A DNA stretch of 64,000 nucleotides from Cyanobacteriota bacterium (GCA_046045965.1 JBJOKS010000011.1:64001-128000); one strand, 5' to 3'; numbered from the stretch's first letter, positions 10,771 through 21,183 are shown. Translations and numbers: made by a program. Notes: generated by a model not told the origin, from the sequence alone.

Positions 10771-11421
10771 TTAGTTTACTGCTGAGGATCTGGTAAATAC
10801 TGTTCTTTTGACTTCCAGTGGTTTGTTAAAGTTAGGATCATCTTCGTTATCGGATAACTTGCCATATAGGTACAAGTCAGCTTTGTTTCCACTATCATAT
10901 ATACAGGCATAAAAACCATCACCCCTCTCCGGAGGTGTAAGTGCAGGTGTAAGTGTGCTACCAGTTGGACAGGTTGGAGGATTTTCAGGAGCTTGAATTG
11001 CATCAACTAAAACATCATTATCGCGTAGGATTGTTTGTGAACCTGAGATCGTATCTTGCCATACACCTGTACCATCAGCTACGGAATAAACTATTGTCAT
11101 ATTCGTATAGGGATTTGTAAAAAGGTTAGCTGGTGGTCGTGGAGTTGTTAACTTGAACACTTCCCCAGCCGCAGGATCACCAGCTTCTATTTTATTTGAC
11201 CTTTTAATTTCGTTAGCCATATAATCCAAGGCACGGTTTAAGTTTGTGCGTCTTTGGACTTCAAATTCTTCTTCTTGATTTTTTTCCAGCAAGGCCACAA
11301 AGGCAGTTCCTGATAAGGTAACAACTATGGACATGATTACTGTTGCTACAAGCAGTTCTATGAGAGTAAATCCTTGATTATCAGTTAAATTTGATTTAAT
11401 TTTTTTAAATTTAAATTTCAT
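10771..11421 (-). CDS. Minor type IV pilin, PilW-like (second cassette)
   Basis: QG|FTLIELLVAT prepilin motif, LNRALDYMANEIK, GFYACI. Confidence 0.85.
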   Translation of the reverse strand: MKFKFKKIKSNLTDNQGFTLIELLVATVIMSIVVTLSGTAFVALLEKNQEEEFEVQRRTNLNRALDYMANEIKRSNKIEAGDPAAGEVFKLTTPRPPANLFTNPYTNMTIVYSVADGTGVWQDTISGSQTILRDNDVLVDAIQAPENPPTCPTGSTLTPALTPPERGDGFYACIYDSGNKADLYLYGKLSDNEDDPNFNKPLEVKRTVFTRSSAVN

Positions 11422-11466
11422 TTTTCACCTCTGATATTATTTCTAAATTCTCTCTCAACTTAGTTT

Positions 11467-11943
11467 TTAAGGATTGCAAACACCATCGCTAGGATTTTCA
11501 CCTTTGCCAATTAATCCCAATGGTGTAGATACAACTAAACATCGTTGTAAGTTATCATTATCCCTGTGTGTCAAAGTCACAGTTACTTCCCCTGTAGAAT
11601 TTTCTCCTAGATGATTAAAACTCATAGTTATGTTTGATGAATTTAACACATTTTCTAATGTGCGATCGCCTGTTGGTAAGCAACCATCAGCACTAGTAAT
11701 TGTTGGTGGATTTGCGGTGGTGACAGTAATATTACAAGTTCGTGATCTAGACATAGCTTGTCTTTGACCTTCTTTAATTGCTCCTTCCAAGCTTGTAATT
11801 GCCGCATCTGCTTGTTTTCTCTGATTCCATGCTGAAAAACTCGGTCCAATCAAAGCAGCAAGAATACCAACAATAACTAAAACTGTTAGTGTTTCTAAAA
11901 GTGTGAATCCTTGATTATCTTTTAATACACTGGTATGACGCAT
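11467..11943 (-). CDS. Minor type IV pilin, FimT/FimU-like (second cassette)
   Basis: QG|FTLLETLTVLVIVGILAAL; RCLVVSTPLG...C. Confidence 0.85.
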   Translation of the reverse strand: MRHTSVLKDNQGFTLLETLTVLVIVGILAALIGPSFSAWNQRKQADAAITSLEGAIKEGQRQAMSRSRTCNITVTTANPPTITSADGCLPTGDRTLENVLNSSNITMSFNHLGENSTGEVTVTLTHRDNDNLQRCLVVSTPLGLIGKGENPSDGVCNP

Positions 11944-12766
11944 CTGGTATTACCTCACTATAAAGTTTCCCTAAGATTTTGCTACCTGGCAGATTATTCT
12001 CCTCTTTAACAACTAAATATCTAACTTCCAAAACTCCATTACTAACAGGTTCATCTTTTCGCATTACCCATAGTTTCCTATCTGTGTTGGGTATGGTGTG
12101 AGGTGCAAAATCAGAAACAGCTTTGTATTCATCATAGTCTGAAGGCAATTCATCAGCATTTTCACCTCCAGGTTCTTTATTACTTATACGTACACTATCA
12201 TCATCATCAAAGTTAGGAAAACTCTGTGCAGTGAGATTGGTTTCTGTTTTTTCGTTTAATTCGGCTGCTAATCCACTATCTGCCGCAGCACTACATAATG
12301 TATTGTTAATCAATATGGCAGCAGATCCATTCTCTCTGGTTGCTTTTACTGTAGTTCGCAATCCTGGTGATGCGATTGTGATAGTGTTGTTATCTGAATC
12401 TATAGTGAAATTGTTGTATTCATCTGGCGTGCCTGTAAACTGAATTAGATTACCAGTTTCAAAAAGATCCACTGATTCCAGTTCTATCTCTGTAGTGCTT
12501 GCAGCAATGGAAGTAGTTCCTGTGGGAATTACTACTTTAGGAAATTTAATTTGACTTGCTTGGTTTTTGATATTTTCTAAATCTTGCTGAATCAGATTTG
12601 TGGCAGTTGTGAACTCTTTAGCTCTAGCTTTAAAGGTGGCAGAAATGATCATCATCTGCAATGCGGCGGCGCTAAAAAAAGTAATGGCAACGATAGCAAC
12701 TAAAACTTCAAGTAAACTGAAGCCTGAGTCTAATTTATATTTTGTATATTTTGGATTTTTCATCAA
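11915..12766 (-). CDS. Minor type IV pilin, PilV-like with an extra internal domain (second cassette)
   Basis: SG|FSLLEVLVAI prepilin motif; C-terminal SEVIPDASYQC; strong RBS (AAGGAGG on minus strand) upstream. Confidence 0.85.
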   Translation of the reverse strand: MMKNPKYTKYKLDSGFSLLEVLVAIVAITFFSAAALQMMIISATFKARAKEFTTATNLIQQDLENIKNQASQIKFPKVVIPTGTTSIAASTTEIELESVDLFETGNLIQFTGTPDEYNNFTIDSDNNTITIASPGLRTTVKATRENGSAAILINNTLCSAAADSGLAAELNEKTETNLTAQSFPNFDDDDSVRISNKEPGGENADELPSDYDEYKAVSDFAPHTIPNTDRKLWVMRKDEPVSNGVLEVRYLVVKEENNLPGSKILGKLYSEVIPDASYQCIKR

Positions 12767-12790
12767 CTTAAACCTCCTTTTCTGTGAAAT

Positions 12791-14371
12791 TTAATCAACG
12801 TTTTTGCGTTCCCATGACCCAGTAGCATCAACTTCTGGCGGATATTGTTCGTTGATATTTCCTCGGATAGAACTTGGAATATCGTTCCATGCTCCCCTTT
12901 GTTGAACTGCTAAGAAACCGCTATTATCAGATGCAGGACCAGTTGATCCGCACTGAGGACCACCCCATCCTTTGGACCAAACTGCACCTAAAAAGTTGGA
13001 GATTCCGTTCACCGGATTAGGTGTTCCAGAAGCTACTCCTACTCTGTAATTAGGAGCAAATATGAAGGCTTCTATTGAGTTACTACCATTAATACATATT
13101 TTTGGATCTGAGGCAGTAGATGTACCGAAGATGATTGTATCCATCGGGTTACAAGCACCTGCTGTCTCACAAACTATGCTCACATTGTTCCTGATCTCAT
13201 TATCTAAATACAACATAATTTTGGTATTAGGTTTAATTCTGACAGTGACATTGCCACCTGTTATACTAGGAACTTTGTAAACATAAACATTACTTACCCC
13301 AGCATGAGAGCTGATTCTAAAACGACTATCTGGTACTTTAGGTGGGGTAATTGTATAATTTGCGCTTTCATCAGGCAGTGTAATGGTAGTATTACCACTG
13401 ATTGCTGATAAGGGAATGTGCCCAGGTCTATCACTGGTAGCAAGAATAGGATTGGTTGTTGAAGGAGCATTAGCAGGACTGCCAACACGCCTAACAGCTG
13501 GAATCGTTGGTACTGATGGTAGTTGTATCTCAGTTTGGTTAATCTTAGGCCTAGATCCATCTGGGAAGTCCCTAAGATTATTTTGCATTCTAGTCAGATT
13601 AGCAGCAGAAATGTTACAGCTATTTAGAAGTATGTTTGCACTAATCTTATTATTAGCTGTTCCATCATCATCAGTCGTACCACCCAACCAAACTCCAGGT
13701 ACAGGAGAACTAAGAGTATCACCATTCCTGATGGGAAATGTTACTTCTAATCTAGAAACAGATTGATTGATGATGTTGCTGTCTGGATTCATCCGACCTT
13801 CAACTATTAGTTTACCTACTTGTGCAATCCCATTGGGATTATTGAGTTCCCCAACAATGGGTTTATATTCAACAAGCCTAAACTGCTGTTGTGAACTTAC
13901 ATTCGGATCTGTATCCAGTGGGTCATTAGCATCTTTCCAATCTGTACTTGCATATACGTTTTTTATGTTATCTAAGCTATTTGTATTACAAATATTATTA
14001 AATATGCGAATCTGGTCTACGTTTGACCAACTCAGTTGACTGGGGGTAGGATCGGTTGTAGGGTCTCCACAATCTGAACCCGGTTCAGGATCTCTGTCAT
14101 TACAATCAGGAAATTTAACGAGTTGTCTGTTAACACCATTTGCATTGAAAAAATTCTGGTAAAAAGTAACACCTTTTTCAGCTGCTGCTAATGCTTCATC
14201 TGTCTGCTTCTGGGTGGAAGATATTACTTGATCTCCTTGCGATCGCAGAGTCATTGTTAAACCGACCAAGATCATAATTAATCCTAGCGAAACAGCTATG
14301 ACAATCGCAAAACCTGCCTCTTGAGACTGAAGAAGCAAGGCCATTTTTAATCTAGTATTAATATTTTTCAT
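12791..14371 (-). CDS. PilX/GspK-like large minor pilin (526 aa) with C-terminal beta-rich domain (second cassette)
   Basis: AG|FAIVIAVSLGLIMILVG class III signal without Glu+5; ALAAAEKGV; C-terminal AFIFAPNY...FLGAVWSKGW. Confidence 0.8.
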   Translation of the reverse strand: MKNINTRLKMALLLQSQEAGFAIVIAVSLGLIMILVGLTMTLRSQGDQVISSTQKQTDEALAAAEKGVTFYQNFFNANGVNRQLVKFPDCNDRDPEPGSDCGDPTTDPTPSQLSWSNVDQIRIFNNICNTNSLDNIKNVYASTDWKDANDPLDTDPNVSSQQQFRLVEYKPIVGELNNPNGIAQVGKLIVEGRMNPDSNIINQSVSRLEVTFPIRNGDTLSSPVPGVWLGGTTDDDGTANNKISANILLNSCNISAANLTRMQNNLRDFPDGSRPKINQTEIQLPSVPTIPAVRRVGSPANAPSTTNPILATSDRPGHIPLSAISGNTTITLPDESANYTITPPKVPDSRFRISSHAGVSNVYVYKVPSITGGNVTVRIKPNTKIMLYLDNEIRNNVSIVCETAGACNPMDTIIFGTSTASDPKICINGSNSIEAFIFAPNYRVGVASGTPNPVNGISNFLGAVWSKGWGGPQCGSTGPASDNSGFLAVQQRGAWNDIPSSIRGNINEQYPPEVDATGSWERKNVD

Positions 14372-14788
14372 GGCATGATTTTTCCTTAGCTACAAAAACT
14401 AGGGTATTATGGGTCAATTCTTGACAAATGATGCTAGATAGAAACTTTTAAGATATGGATTTGTTTTCTTAATGCATACAAAAGATAATATTGTACTAAC
14501 ATTGATTGACTACAGCGCGTTTTGGGTATCAGTCAATTTTATACAATACAAGTATTTATTCATAATATACACTATTTTACCGTTAATGATTTCAGTGACT
14601 GTACTATATTATTAAAGTTTGAGTAAAGGAAGAATTTAGATATTTATACTGTCACTACAGATCAGCTTAATTCATCAAGCCCTACGTAACATTTCTTGAA
14701 TTTACACTAATTACGTTTTGAGTTAAGAAAGACTGATTGATCGTTTATATTTGATTAAAGAATACTATAGTAGACAAATATAATAAAA

Positions 14789-14822
14789 AACAGTAGATGC
14801 TAATCTAATCGCTCTACTGCTT
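14789..14822 (-). terminator. Probable intrinsic terminator of the PEP-CTERM gene
   Basis: CAGTAGA...TCTACTG inverted repeat preceded by an A-run (U-tract on minus strand). Confidence 0.45.
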
Positions 14823-14909
14823 CCTATAGGAAAACCTGTTTCATTTTTCCAATCTATGATGGTTGGATGTTCATCTGTTTGATGATGAAAAATTTATTAC
14901 TAATTCTTA

Positions 14910-15602
14910 CTAAGCTTTTTTAGCCCGTTTGAGACCACGATTCGAAGCTAAAAATCCTACAGTTGCAAGTAAGCCAAACATAGCAGAAGGTTCAGGAACT
15001 GATCTTTGGATAGTTCCAGCTAACGCTAAAATTGGAGAGTTGGTTGTACCTGTAGCAAAGTCAATTAATAAAGAATTAATCGAGCTTCCTTGTGCAATAC
15101 CCAAGAGAGTTAAGTCTATTTCAGCTGCAAAGACAGGAACAATTGGAGGAAGAGTAGTAGTGTCGTTAACGCTTCTGACTCCGAAGTCTCCCCAAGTAGC
15201 ACCCAAATCTGCGCTGACTCTAAATAGTGCATTAGGATTCTGTAAGCTGAATAGTGCTACGTCATCACCCCCACCATTTAACACTTCAGAAAACTCCAGG
15301 AGAACGAAACCAGTACGGTCACTAGAGAATACAAAGGTGTCTATTGATTGATCAGTCAGTGATCCTATAACATCTCCACTAGGACTACCGATAAAAGGAC
15401 CTCCCTCATTAAAATCTGCATCCAAAGTGAATGCTGCATTAGCAAATCCATTATCACTTAACGTAATATCCCCAATCGTTGCCGCACTGGCAGGTTTAGC
15501 CAAAGCGCCTCCCAACATCATGGCACTGATAGCTACACCAGCACCCAAGGAGGTGAGAGTTTTTTGAGAGAATAATTGACCTAAGTTCTTGAATGTAACC
15601 AT
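14910..15602 (-). CDS. PEP-CTERM sorting-domain surface protein
   Basis: Signal peptide ending PASAA; C-terminal VPEPS + hydrophobic helix + basic tail (RGLKRAKKA). Confidence 0.9.
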   Translation of the reverse strand: MVTFKNLGQLFSQKTLTSLGAGVAISAMMLGGALAKPASAATIGDITLSDNGFANAAFTLDADFNEGGPFIGSPSGDVIGSLTDQSIDTFVFSSDRTGFVLLEFSEVLNGGGDDVALFSLQNPNALFRVSADLGATWGDFGVRSVNDTTTLPPIVPVFAAEIDLTLLGIAQGSSINSLLIDFATGTTNSPILALAGTIQRSVPEPSAMFGLLATVGFLASNRGLKRAKKA

Positions 15603-16132
15603 CTAAAATCCTTCCTGTGTATACAAATGGTGTGTTTATTGCTAACAGATGCGTTCTGATTCTGCTATTTATAACAAGCTAGTACGAGTATTATCTTAAT
15701 CACCAAGTAATAAGTTTGTGCATCAGTAAAACCACTAAAAAATAATGGTTATGGGTATCACTATAAACAATTAAAAGCTAACTGGGTATATGTAGTTAGG
15801 AAAAAGACGAAACTTCATGAAAACTTTACATAGGAGATTATTGATTCTAGGTTGAGAAAATACGCAACTTGAGGATAATTGCTGGCTCAAAAACGCTGTA
15901 TTCCTCGAAATACTTATGTTTGCGGTGCAACTCAATTATAATTTGTCTGTGTAATAGCTGTGTTATTCTTTTAAAGAACAGTGATGATAATATAATTTTT
16001 ATGTGAATTTTTATTTAACTATATCTGTGGATAGATGACATATTTTATGTAATTTGCTGAGCAAAGGTAGTTGTTAAGAGTATTTTATGATTAAAGGAAG
16101 TATCCTTAGATACCTCCAATGCACATAAAAGA

Positions 16133-16369
16133 TTAGTATTGGTTTAAATTGATACCAGCTTCCTTAGCCATTGCTTCTATACCTTTGCTATCGAGGGTTT
16201 TGATGGCTTTGGTAGAAAGTTTCAGTCTTACCCAACGATTACCACCAGGCCACCAAACTCGCTTGCTTTGCAGATTAACTTGTTGTAGGCGTTTGGTGCG
16301 ACGATGGGAGTGGGAAACAGCCATTGCATTATTGGCTTTTTTACCGGTGAGTTCACAACGACGGGACAT
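16133..16369 (-). CDS. rpmB: 50S ribosomal protein L28
   Basis: [34 protein letters not shown], canonical L28. Confidence 0.97.
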   Translation of the reverse strand: MSRRCELTGKKANNAMAVSHSHRRTKRLQQVNLQSKRVWWPGGNRWVRLKLSTKAIKTLDSKGIEAMAKEAGINLNQY

Positions 16370-16450
16370 TAAAATTTCTCCTGCTATTTGAATACAACCT
16401 TTCTATTCTAGTTCATGTCCGTTTGAATAGTTATCATATCTTTCGGGAGA

Positions 16451-16488
16451 GGGAACAGGGAACAGGGAACAGGGAACAGGGAACAGGG
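16451..16488. repeat. STRR-type heptamer tandem repeat (GGGAACA)n
   Basis: Five tandem GGGAACA units; similar heptamer arrays at about 17617-17648, 20889-20918, 25120-25147, 43014-43042, 43716-43743 and 60030-60060. Confidence 0.8.
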
Positions 16489-16540
16489 GAAAAGAAGAGG
16501 TAACAGTCACAAGTAACTAGCTGGACATGATATTTAGAAC

Positions 16541-17362
16541 ATGAATAAACAACGTTTAAGAAAACTATTAATTGGTGATTTTACTTGGAAACGGATGCTC
16601 AGGTCTTTAGTTTTCATCTATACGTTGTTTGCTGTTTATGTATATTTTCGAGCTGATAGTATGATTTTTCTGCCCCAACTGTCAAGCTATCAAGATACAA
16701 AAGACATTCTCAAGCTCAAAAATAGGGAAAATAAGCAAATTTCCGCAGTTTATTTACAGAACCCTCAAGCTAAGTACACAGTTCTTTATGTTCATGGAAA
16801 TGCAGAAGACTTGGGAGATATTCAGAAGATTTTAGCAAAAATCCGTGATATTGGTTTTAGTGTCTTTGCTTACGACTATCGCGGTTATGGTACGAGTGAG
16901 GGAACACCTACAGAAACTGCTGCTTATCAAGATATTGATACTGCTTACAATTATTTAACTGAAGATTTAAAAATCAAACCAGAAAACATTATTGTTTTTG
17001 GACGTTCTGTAGGGGGAGGTTCAGCGGTAGACTTAGCAGCGAGAAAACCAGTAGCTGGGTTAATTATTGAAAGTACATTTACTTCAGCTTTTCGGGTAGT
17101 TGTTCCTTTTCCCATTTTACCTTTTGATAAATTTACTAATCTTGAGAAAATCAAAAAAGTCAAAGCTCCGGTTTTGGTGATGCACGGTAAATTAGATGAT
17201 ATTATCCCTTTTGAGCATGGGGAAAAGTTGTTTGCTGCGGTGACTACACCTAAGCTTTATTTGTGGGTGGAAAATGCCAATCATAATGATTTTTTAGAAG
17301 TTGCAAAAGAAAAGTATGGTCAGAAATTGAGGGAGTTTGTGGAATTATTAGCAAAAAATTGA
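16541..17362 (+). CDS. Alpha/beta hydrolase (ABHD17-like)
   Basis: HGNAED, YDYRGYG, GRSVGG nucleophile elbow, HGKLDDII, ANHND. Confidence 0.9.
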   Translation: MNKQRLRKLLIGDFTWKRMLRSLVFIYTLFAVYVYFRADSMIFLPQLSSYQDTKDILKLKNRENKQISAVYLQNPQAKYTVLYVHGNAEDLGDIQKILAKIRDIGFSVFAYDYRGYGTSEGTPTETAAYQDIDTAYNYLTEDLKIKPENIIVFGRSVGGGSAVDLAARKPVAGLIIESTFTSAFRVVVPFPILPFDKFTNLEKIKKVKAPVLVMHGKLDDIIPFEHGEKLFAAVTTPKLYLWVENANHNDFLEVAKEKYGQKLREFVELLAKN

Positions 17363-17398
17363 TCCTCCCAACCCCCTTACAAAGGGGGGCTAAATTAT

Positions 17399-17603
17399 CT
17401 CGTTCCCAGTCAGAGACTGGGAATAAGCTGTTACGCACCTAGTTTTTTAACCGACTCTAGGCTAGAGAAGGGTTTTAGCCTCTAAATTATATGATTTAGA
17501 TGCGCGACAGCTTACCATCATAGAGGTTCTACCTCTTTTATACCTCTTTTTACTAAAGATAGAGCCTTCTATAATTCATTCCCATACTCTGTATGGGAAC
17601 GAG
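17399..17603. mobile_element. Nested MITEs: host with CTCGTTCCCA/TGGGAACGAG ends containing a 91-bp element (17424-17514)
   Basis: Inner ends TAAGCTGTTACGCACCTA / TAGATGCGCGACAGCTTA; the host right end recurs at about 23064-23090. Confidence 0.65.
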
Positions 17604-17648
17604 AGAAAAACCTCTACTCCTGACTCCTGACTCCTGACTTCTGACTCC

Positions 17649-18704
17649 TTAAAAAATGATTCTTCCTCCTAATTCTTCCATCATTTCTTCTAGGAGTTCT
17701 TCCATCATTTCTTCTCTGAGGGAACGCAAACTGGGTGGACCTTCAAGAAATTCTTTGATTGTAATCTTCTTGTTTCTAAAGTCCTGAATAAAATCACGAA
17801 TATCAACAATAATTTCAATTTGTGATTCTAATTGTTTCAACATTATACTAATAGAATCAACTCCGTATTTTGCAGCTTTGCGAGCATCAGAAACCATTGT
17901 TCCTTCAGGAGTATTTTTAGCTAGACGCAGTTCCTGTTTTAATTTATCATATTGATTTTTGAGAATTTCATTTTGCTGTTCTAGATTTTTGCATCTGCGA
18001 GTTAAATCATCTTCGTTATTATTATCAATAATTTCTCCTAACTGATGCTGTCTTTCAATTTCTAAAAGTCTGGCTAAATCTCCTTCTTGATAAGCTTTAT
18101 TAATTTCTTTCATGATTTCGGTATGAGACTTATGGGTTTCACTGTCTTGTACTTTATCTGGATGAAAGATTTCTGCTAACTTCAAAAATGTCTGTCTAAC
18201 TTTTCTCGAATCTTCTGTTCTACTAGCAGAACTTGATTTTACTTCCTGTTGTGAATCCCAATATTGATGACGGTTTTGACGACTTTGATGATCGTCTGTT
18301 TCGGAATTTTCAAACATTTCATCTAGTTCTGAATCATCATCTTCTTCACTCACAGATTTGGGGCTAATTATCCCTGATATTTGCAAATTCATGTACAGAG
18401 ATTCAATTTTTCTCTGCGTTTGTTTACCAAGATTTCTAGTAGTTAAAATTTCCTTAAATAACGCATGAATTTCCTGATCTAAGTCAGACATTTTCTTGAA
18501 GCAGGGACTGGCTTTTTGAAATATCTCTGTCGCTAAAGAACGCATTCGTTCGACGAAATTATTTATTTCTGTGCGCTTCTTTTTAATCTGTTTGAGTAAT
18601 GATTGGTGTTCTTTTTCTAGAGCAGCTAAATAGATATGCAGATCAGAAAGTGCTAGGGTTGTGCTGGGAGATGTTGGTGATGCAGACTTGGTTTTTCTAG
18701 GCAT
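17649..18704 (-). CDS. J-domain (DnaJ-type) coiled-coil protein
   Basis: FLKLAEIFHPDK...MKEINKAY J-domain with HPD motif. Confidence 0.85.
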   Translation of the reverse strand: MPRKTKSASPTSPSTTLALSDLHIYLAALEKEHQSLLKQIKKKRTEINNFVERMRSLATEIFQKASPCFKKMSDLDQEIHALFKEILTTRNLGKQTQRKIESLYMNLQISGIISPKSVSEEDDDSELDEMFENSETDDHQSRQNRHQYWDSQQEVKSSSASRTEDSRKVRQTFLKLAEIFHPDKVQDSETHKSHTEIMKEINKAYQEGDLARLLEIERQHQLGEIIDNNNEDDLTRRCKNLEQQNEILKNQYDKLKQELRLAKNTPEGTMVSDARKAAKYGVDSISIMLKQLESQIEIIVDIRDFIQDFRNKKITIKEFLEGPPSLRSLREEMMEELLEEMMEELGGRIIF

Positions 18705-18785
18705 AAATAAAATAGGGAATAGGGAATAGGCAAGAGTTGATTAATTTAATTTTACAATGCCCCATACCCTATGCCCCATGCCCAA

Positions 18786-20174
18786 TTACCTATTTAATTG
18801 TGCATCTGTCACCCAAGCACCGTGAAAACCATAGGGTATTCGTTGGGGAATTATGACTTTTGCGACTGGTTCATTGGTGACATCCTGAGCATTTATAACT
18901 ACTAATTCAGAAGTTTGGGAATTTTCATCACGAACAAAGGTGATTAACCAGCCATCATCTTCTGTTGCTGCATTGAGACGAGGTGCAAACACGGCTTCTC
19001 CACCATAACGCCCTTGTTCAAATTCATGGGTTTGGGATTTGCCATCACTGAAATTATACTTAATTATACCCTCAAATAAAGGTACAGGACTATTCGCCAT
19101 TTTCCCAGCGTAACCGTATTGGGTTTTTCTTCCCAGCAGGTTTTCGTTAACGCGGGGAAATTCTACTGGTACGTCGTCTAGGGTTTCTTCTGTGACTGCA
19201 CCTGTGCTGAGGTTAAACCGCCAACGATGTAAGAGGGGTATATTTGCTGTAGGATCTGTTGATGACCCAATCTCTAATACGGTGGTGGAACTCATGCGAC
19301 AAGCAATAAGTATGATTTCGTCTCCGGCTTCGTAGGCGTTAAGGGTATGGAAGATGTAGCAGGAAGGACTTTCAAACCAGCGGATATTGCTGTTATCTCC
19401 GTGACGGGGTAAAATGCCGAAACGACTGGGACGTTGACTTTCAAACATCATCATTGCTTCTCCCCTTTGCATCCGTTCCATGCTGAATGTGAGGGGTAAA
19501 TCCATGAAAATAGTATAATTTTCAGTAATGGCGAAATCGTGCATCATTACCCCCATTGGTAGTTCAATGGGTACTGTCCGCAATATTTCACCTTGTGCTG
19601 AAACTACGCCATATTGTAAGTATGGGGGTGCAAAGGAGTAGCCAAAAAACATCATTTCCCCGGTAACTGGGTCTACTTTCGGATGAGCAGTAAAGGGGGA
19701 AGTTAGTTGATTGTTGTAAGTATATTCCCCAATGGTTGCTAATTCGGGAAGTTGGATATTGTGGGGTGATCCACCTTCCCATAGTGCTAAAAATTGTCCA
19801 GCGTGCCATACTAAGGCAGTATTAGCGGTGTTTTTACCTGGTCCGTAGGGGTTGTCCATTTGTGGTGGTTCTAAAAGTCCACTCCACACGGCTTTACCCA
19901 CTTGGTTTTCAATGTTCCAGCCTCTAGTACGGACGTAACGGTTGCGATAGGTGGCTTTACCGTTGCTAATTTCTACGCCATGCAACATTCCATCACCATC
20001 AAACCAGTGATATTGTCCGATGGGTTGATGTTGGGGGTTTGGTCCATTGCGGACAAACATCCCGGAAAGGTCGGGGGGTAGTTCACCAATGACTTTCAGG
20101 GTGTCTGTGGTGATTTCTTGGCTAACTGGGGCAAAATTCCCATCTAAATAAGGATTTACTACGGTTGTTGTCAT
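18786..20174 (-). CDS. Carotenoid cleavage oxygenase (RPE65 family)
   Basis: HWFDGDGM, TAHPKVDP, MMHDFAITE, IFHTLNAYE, PYGFHGAW (four His ligands); start set at MTTTVV. Confidence 0.93.
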   Translation of the reverse strand: MTTTVVNPYLDGNFAPVSQEITTDTLKVIGELPPDLSGMFVRNGPNPQHQPIGQYHWFDGDGMLHGVEISNGKATYRNRYVRTRGWNIENQVGKAVWSGLLEPPQMDNPYGPGKNTANTALVWHAGQFLALWEGGSPHNIQLPELATIGEYTYNNQLTSPFTAHPKVDPVTGEMMFFGYSFAPPYLQYGVVSAQGEILRTVPIELPMGVMMHDFAITENYTIFMDLPLTFSMERMQRGEAMMMFESQRPSRFGILPRHGDNSNIRWFESPSCYIFHTLNAYEAGDEIILIACRMSSTTVLEIGSSTDPTANIPLLHRWRFNLSTGAVTEETLDDVPVEFPRVNENLLGRKTQYGYAGKMANSPVPLFEGIIKYNFSDGKSQTHEFEQGRYGGEAVFAPRLNAATEDDGWLITFVRDENSQTSELVVINAQDVTNEPVAKVIIPQRIPYGFHGAWVTDAQLNR

Positions 20175-20247
20175 TGTTATTGTTGAGTTTTTTGACGATG
20201 CTTTATTTAATATAGCCATACTCGAAAATCTAAAATCTAAAATTGTT

Positions 20248-20886
20248 ATGAGCTTAACTCTTTATCTACTCCGTCATGGAGAAACAGAATGTAGTCGAAA
20301 TCATGCCTTTTGTGGTTCGATAGATTCAGAACTTACCCCTGAAGGTGTGGAAATGGCTCATGCTTTTGCTGCTGCATACACTTCTACTCCTTGGGAGGCG
20401 ATTTTTTCCAGTCCCATGCGTCGCACTATGGAAACTGCAAAACCTTTGTGTACGGCGTTGGGAATGCAACCAATATTGCGGGATGGTTTACGAGAAATTA
20501 ACTATGGTAAATGGGAAGGAAAAACCCCGGAAGTGATCAGCCGAGAATATCATGATGATTATCTGCGCTGGTCTGCTGATCCGGCTTGGTATGCACCGAA
20601 TGGTGGAGAATTAGCTGTAACAATTGCTTCTCGCGCTATGCAGGTAATTGAAGAAATTAAGCAGCTTTACAGCAGTGGGAATGTTTTAGTTGTTACTCAT
20701 AAAGCAACAATTAGAATTATTCTTTGCAGTTTGTTGGGTATTGATGTCGGACGTTTTCGTTATCGTTGGGGTTGTCCGGTTGGTTCTGTGAGTATTATTG
20801 AATTTACTGAACATGGTCCAATGTTGCAAACTTTAGCAGACCGGACTCATTTAGATGCAAGATTGCGAAGTTTAGGAGGAACGTAA
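20248..20886 (+). CDS. Histidine phosphatase / phosphoglycerate mutase family protein
   Basis: LLRHGET, SSPMRR, EINYGKWEG, VVTHKA. Confidence 0.9.
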   Translation: MSLTLYLLRHGETECSRNHAFCGSIDSELTPEGVEMAHAFAAAYTSTPWEAIFSSPMRRTMETAKPLCTALGMQPILRDGLREINYGKWEGKTPEVISREYHDDYLRWSADPAWYAPNGGELAVTIASRAMQVIEEIKQLYSSGNVLVVTHKATIRIILCSLLGIDVGRFRYRWGCPVGSVSIIEFTEHGPMLQTLADRTHLDARLRSLGGT

Positions 20887-21015
20887 ATTGGTGATTGGTG
20901 ATTGGTGATTGGTGATTGGGAAGAATAAACTTTTGCCTTTTTACTGTCACCTGTTACCTGATTCCAAAATGTATTACACTAAAAATAAAGACTTACTCGC
21001 ACCTAAAAATGTTAT

Positions 21016-21103
21016 GACTTACGCACGAGTTATGGAATAAACGAACCACAGAGGCACAGAGAACACAGAGGAATGAGGTTTTGAGAGATATTTTGTGTAA
21101 GTC
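21016..21103. mobile_element. MITE-like repeat (GACTTACGCA...TGTGTAAGTC ends); related copies at about 22222-22346 and 36171-36210
   Basis: Terminal inverted repeat and shared internal GAACCACAGAGG.ACAGAGAACACAGAG tract. Confidence 0.6.
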
Positions 21104-21183
21104 CTGAATGTGATTTTATGTCTTTTTTATTTTCGGGAAAAACCAATCTATTTTAATTTGAAAATATAAAGGTGTAATCAAAA

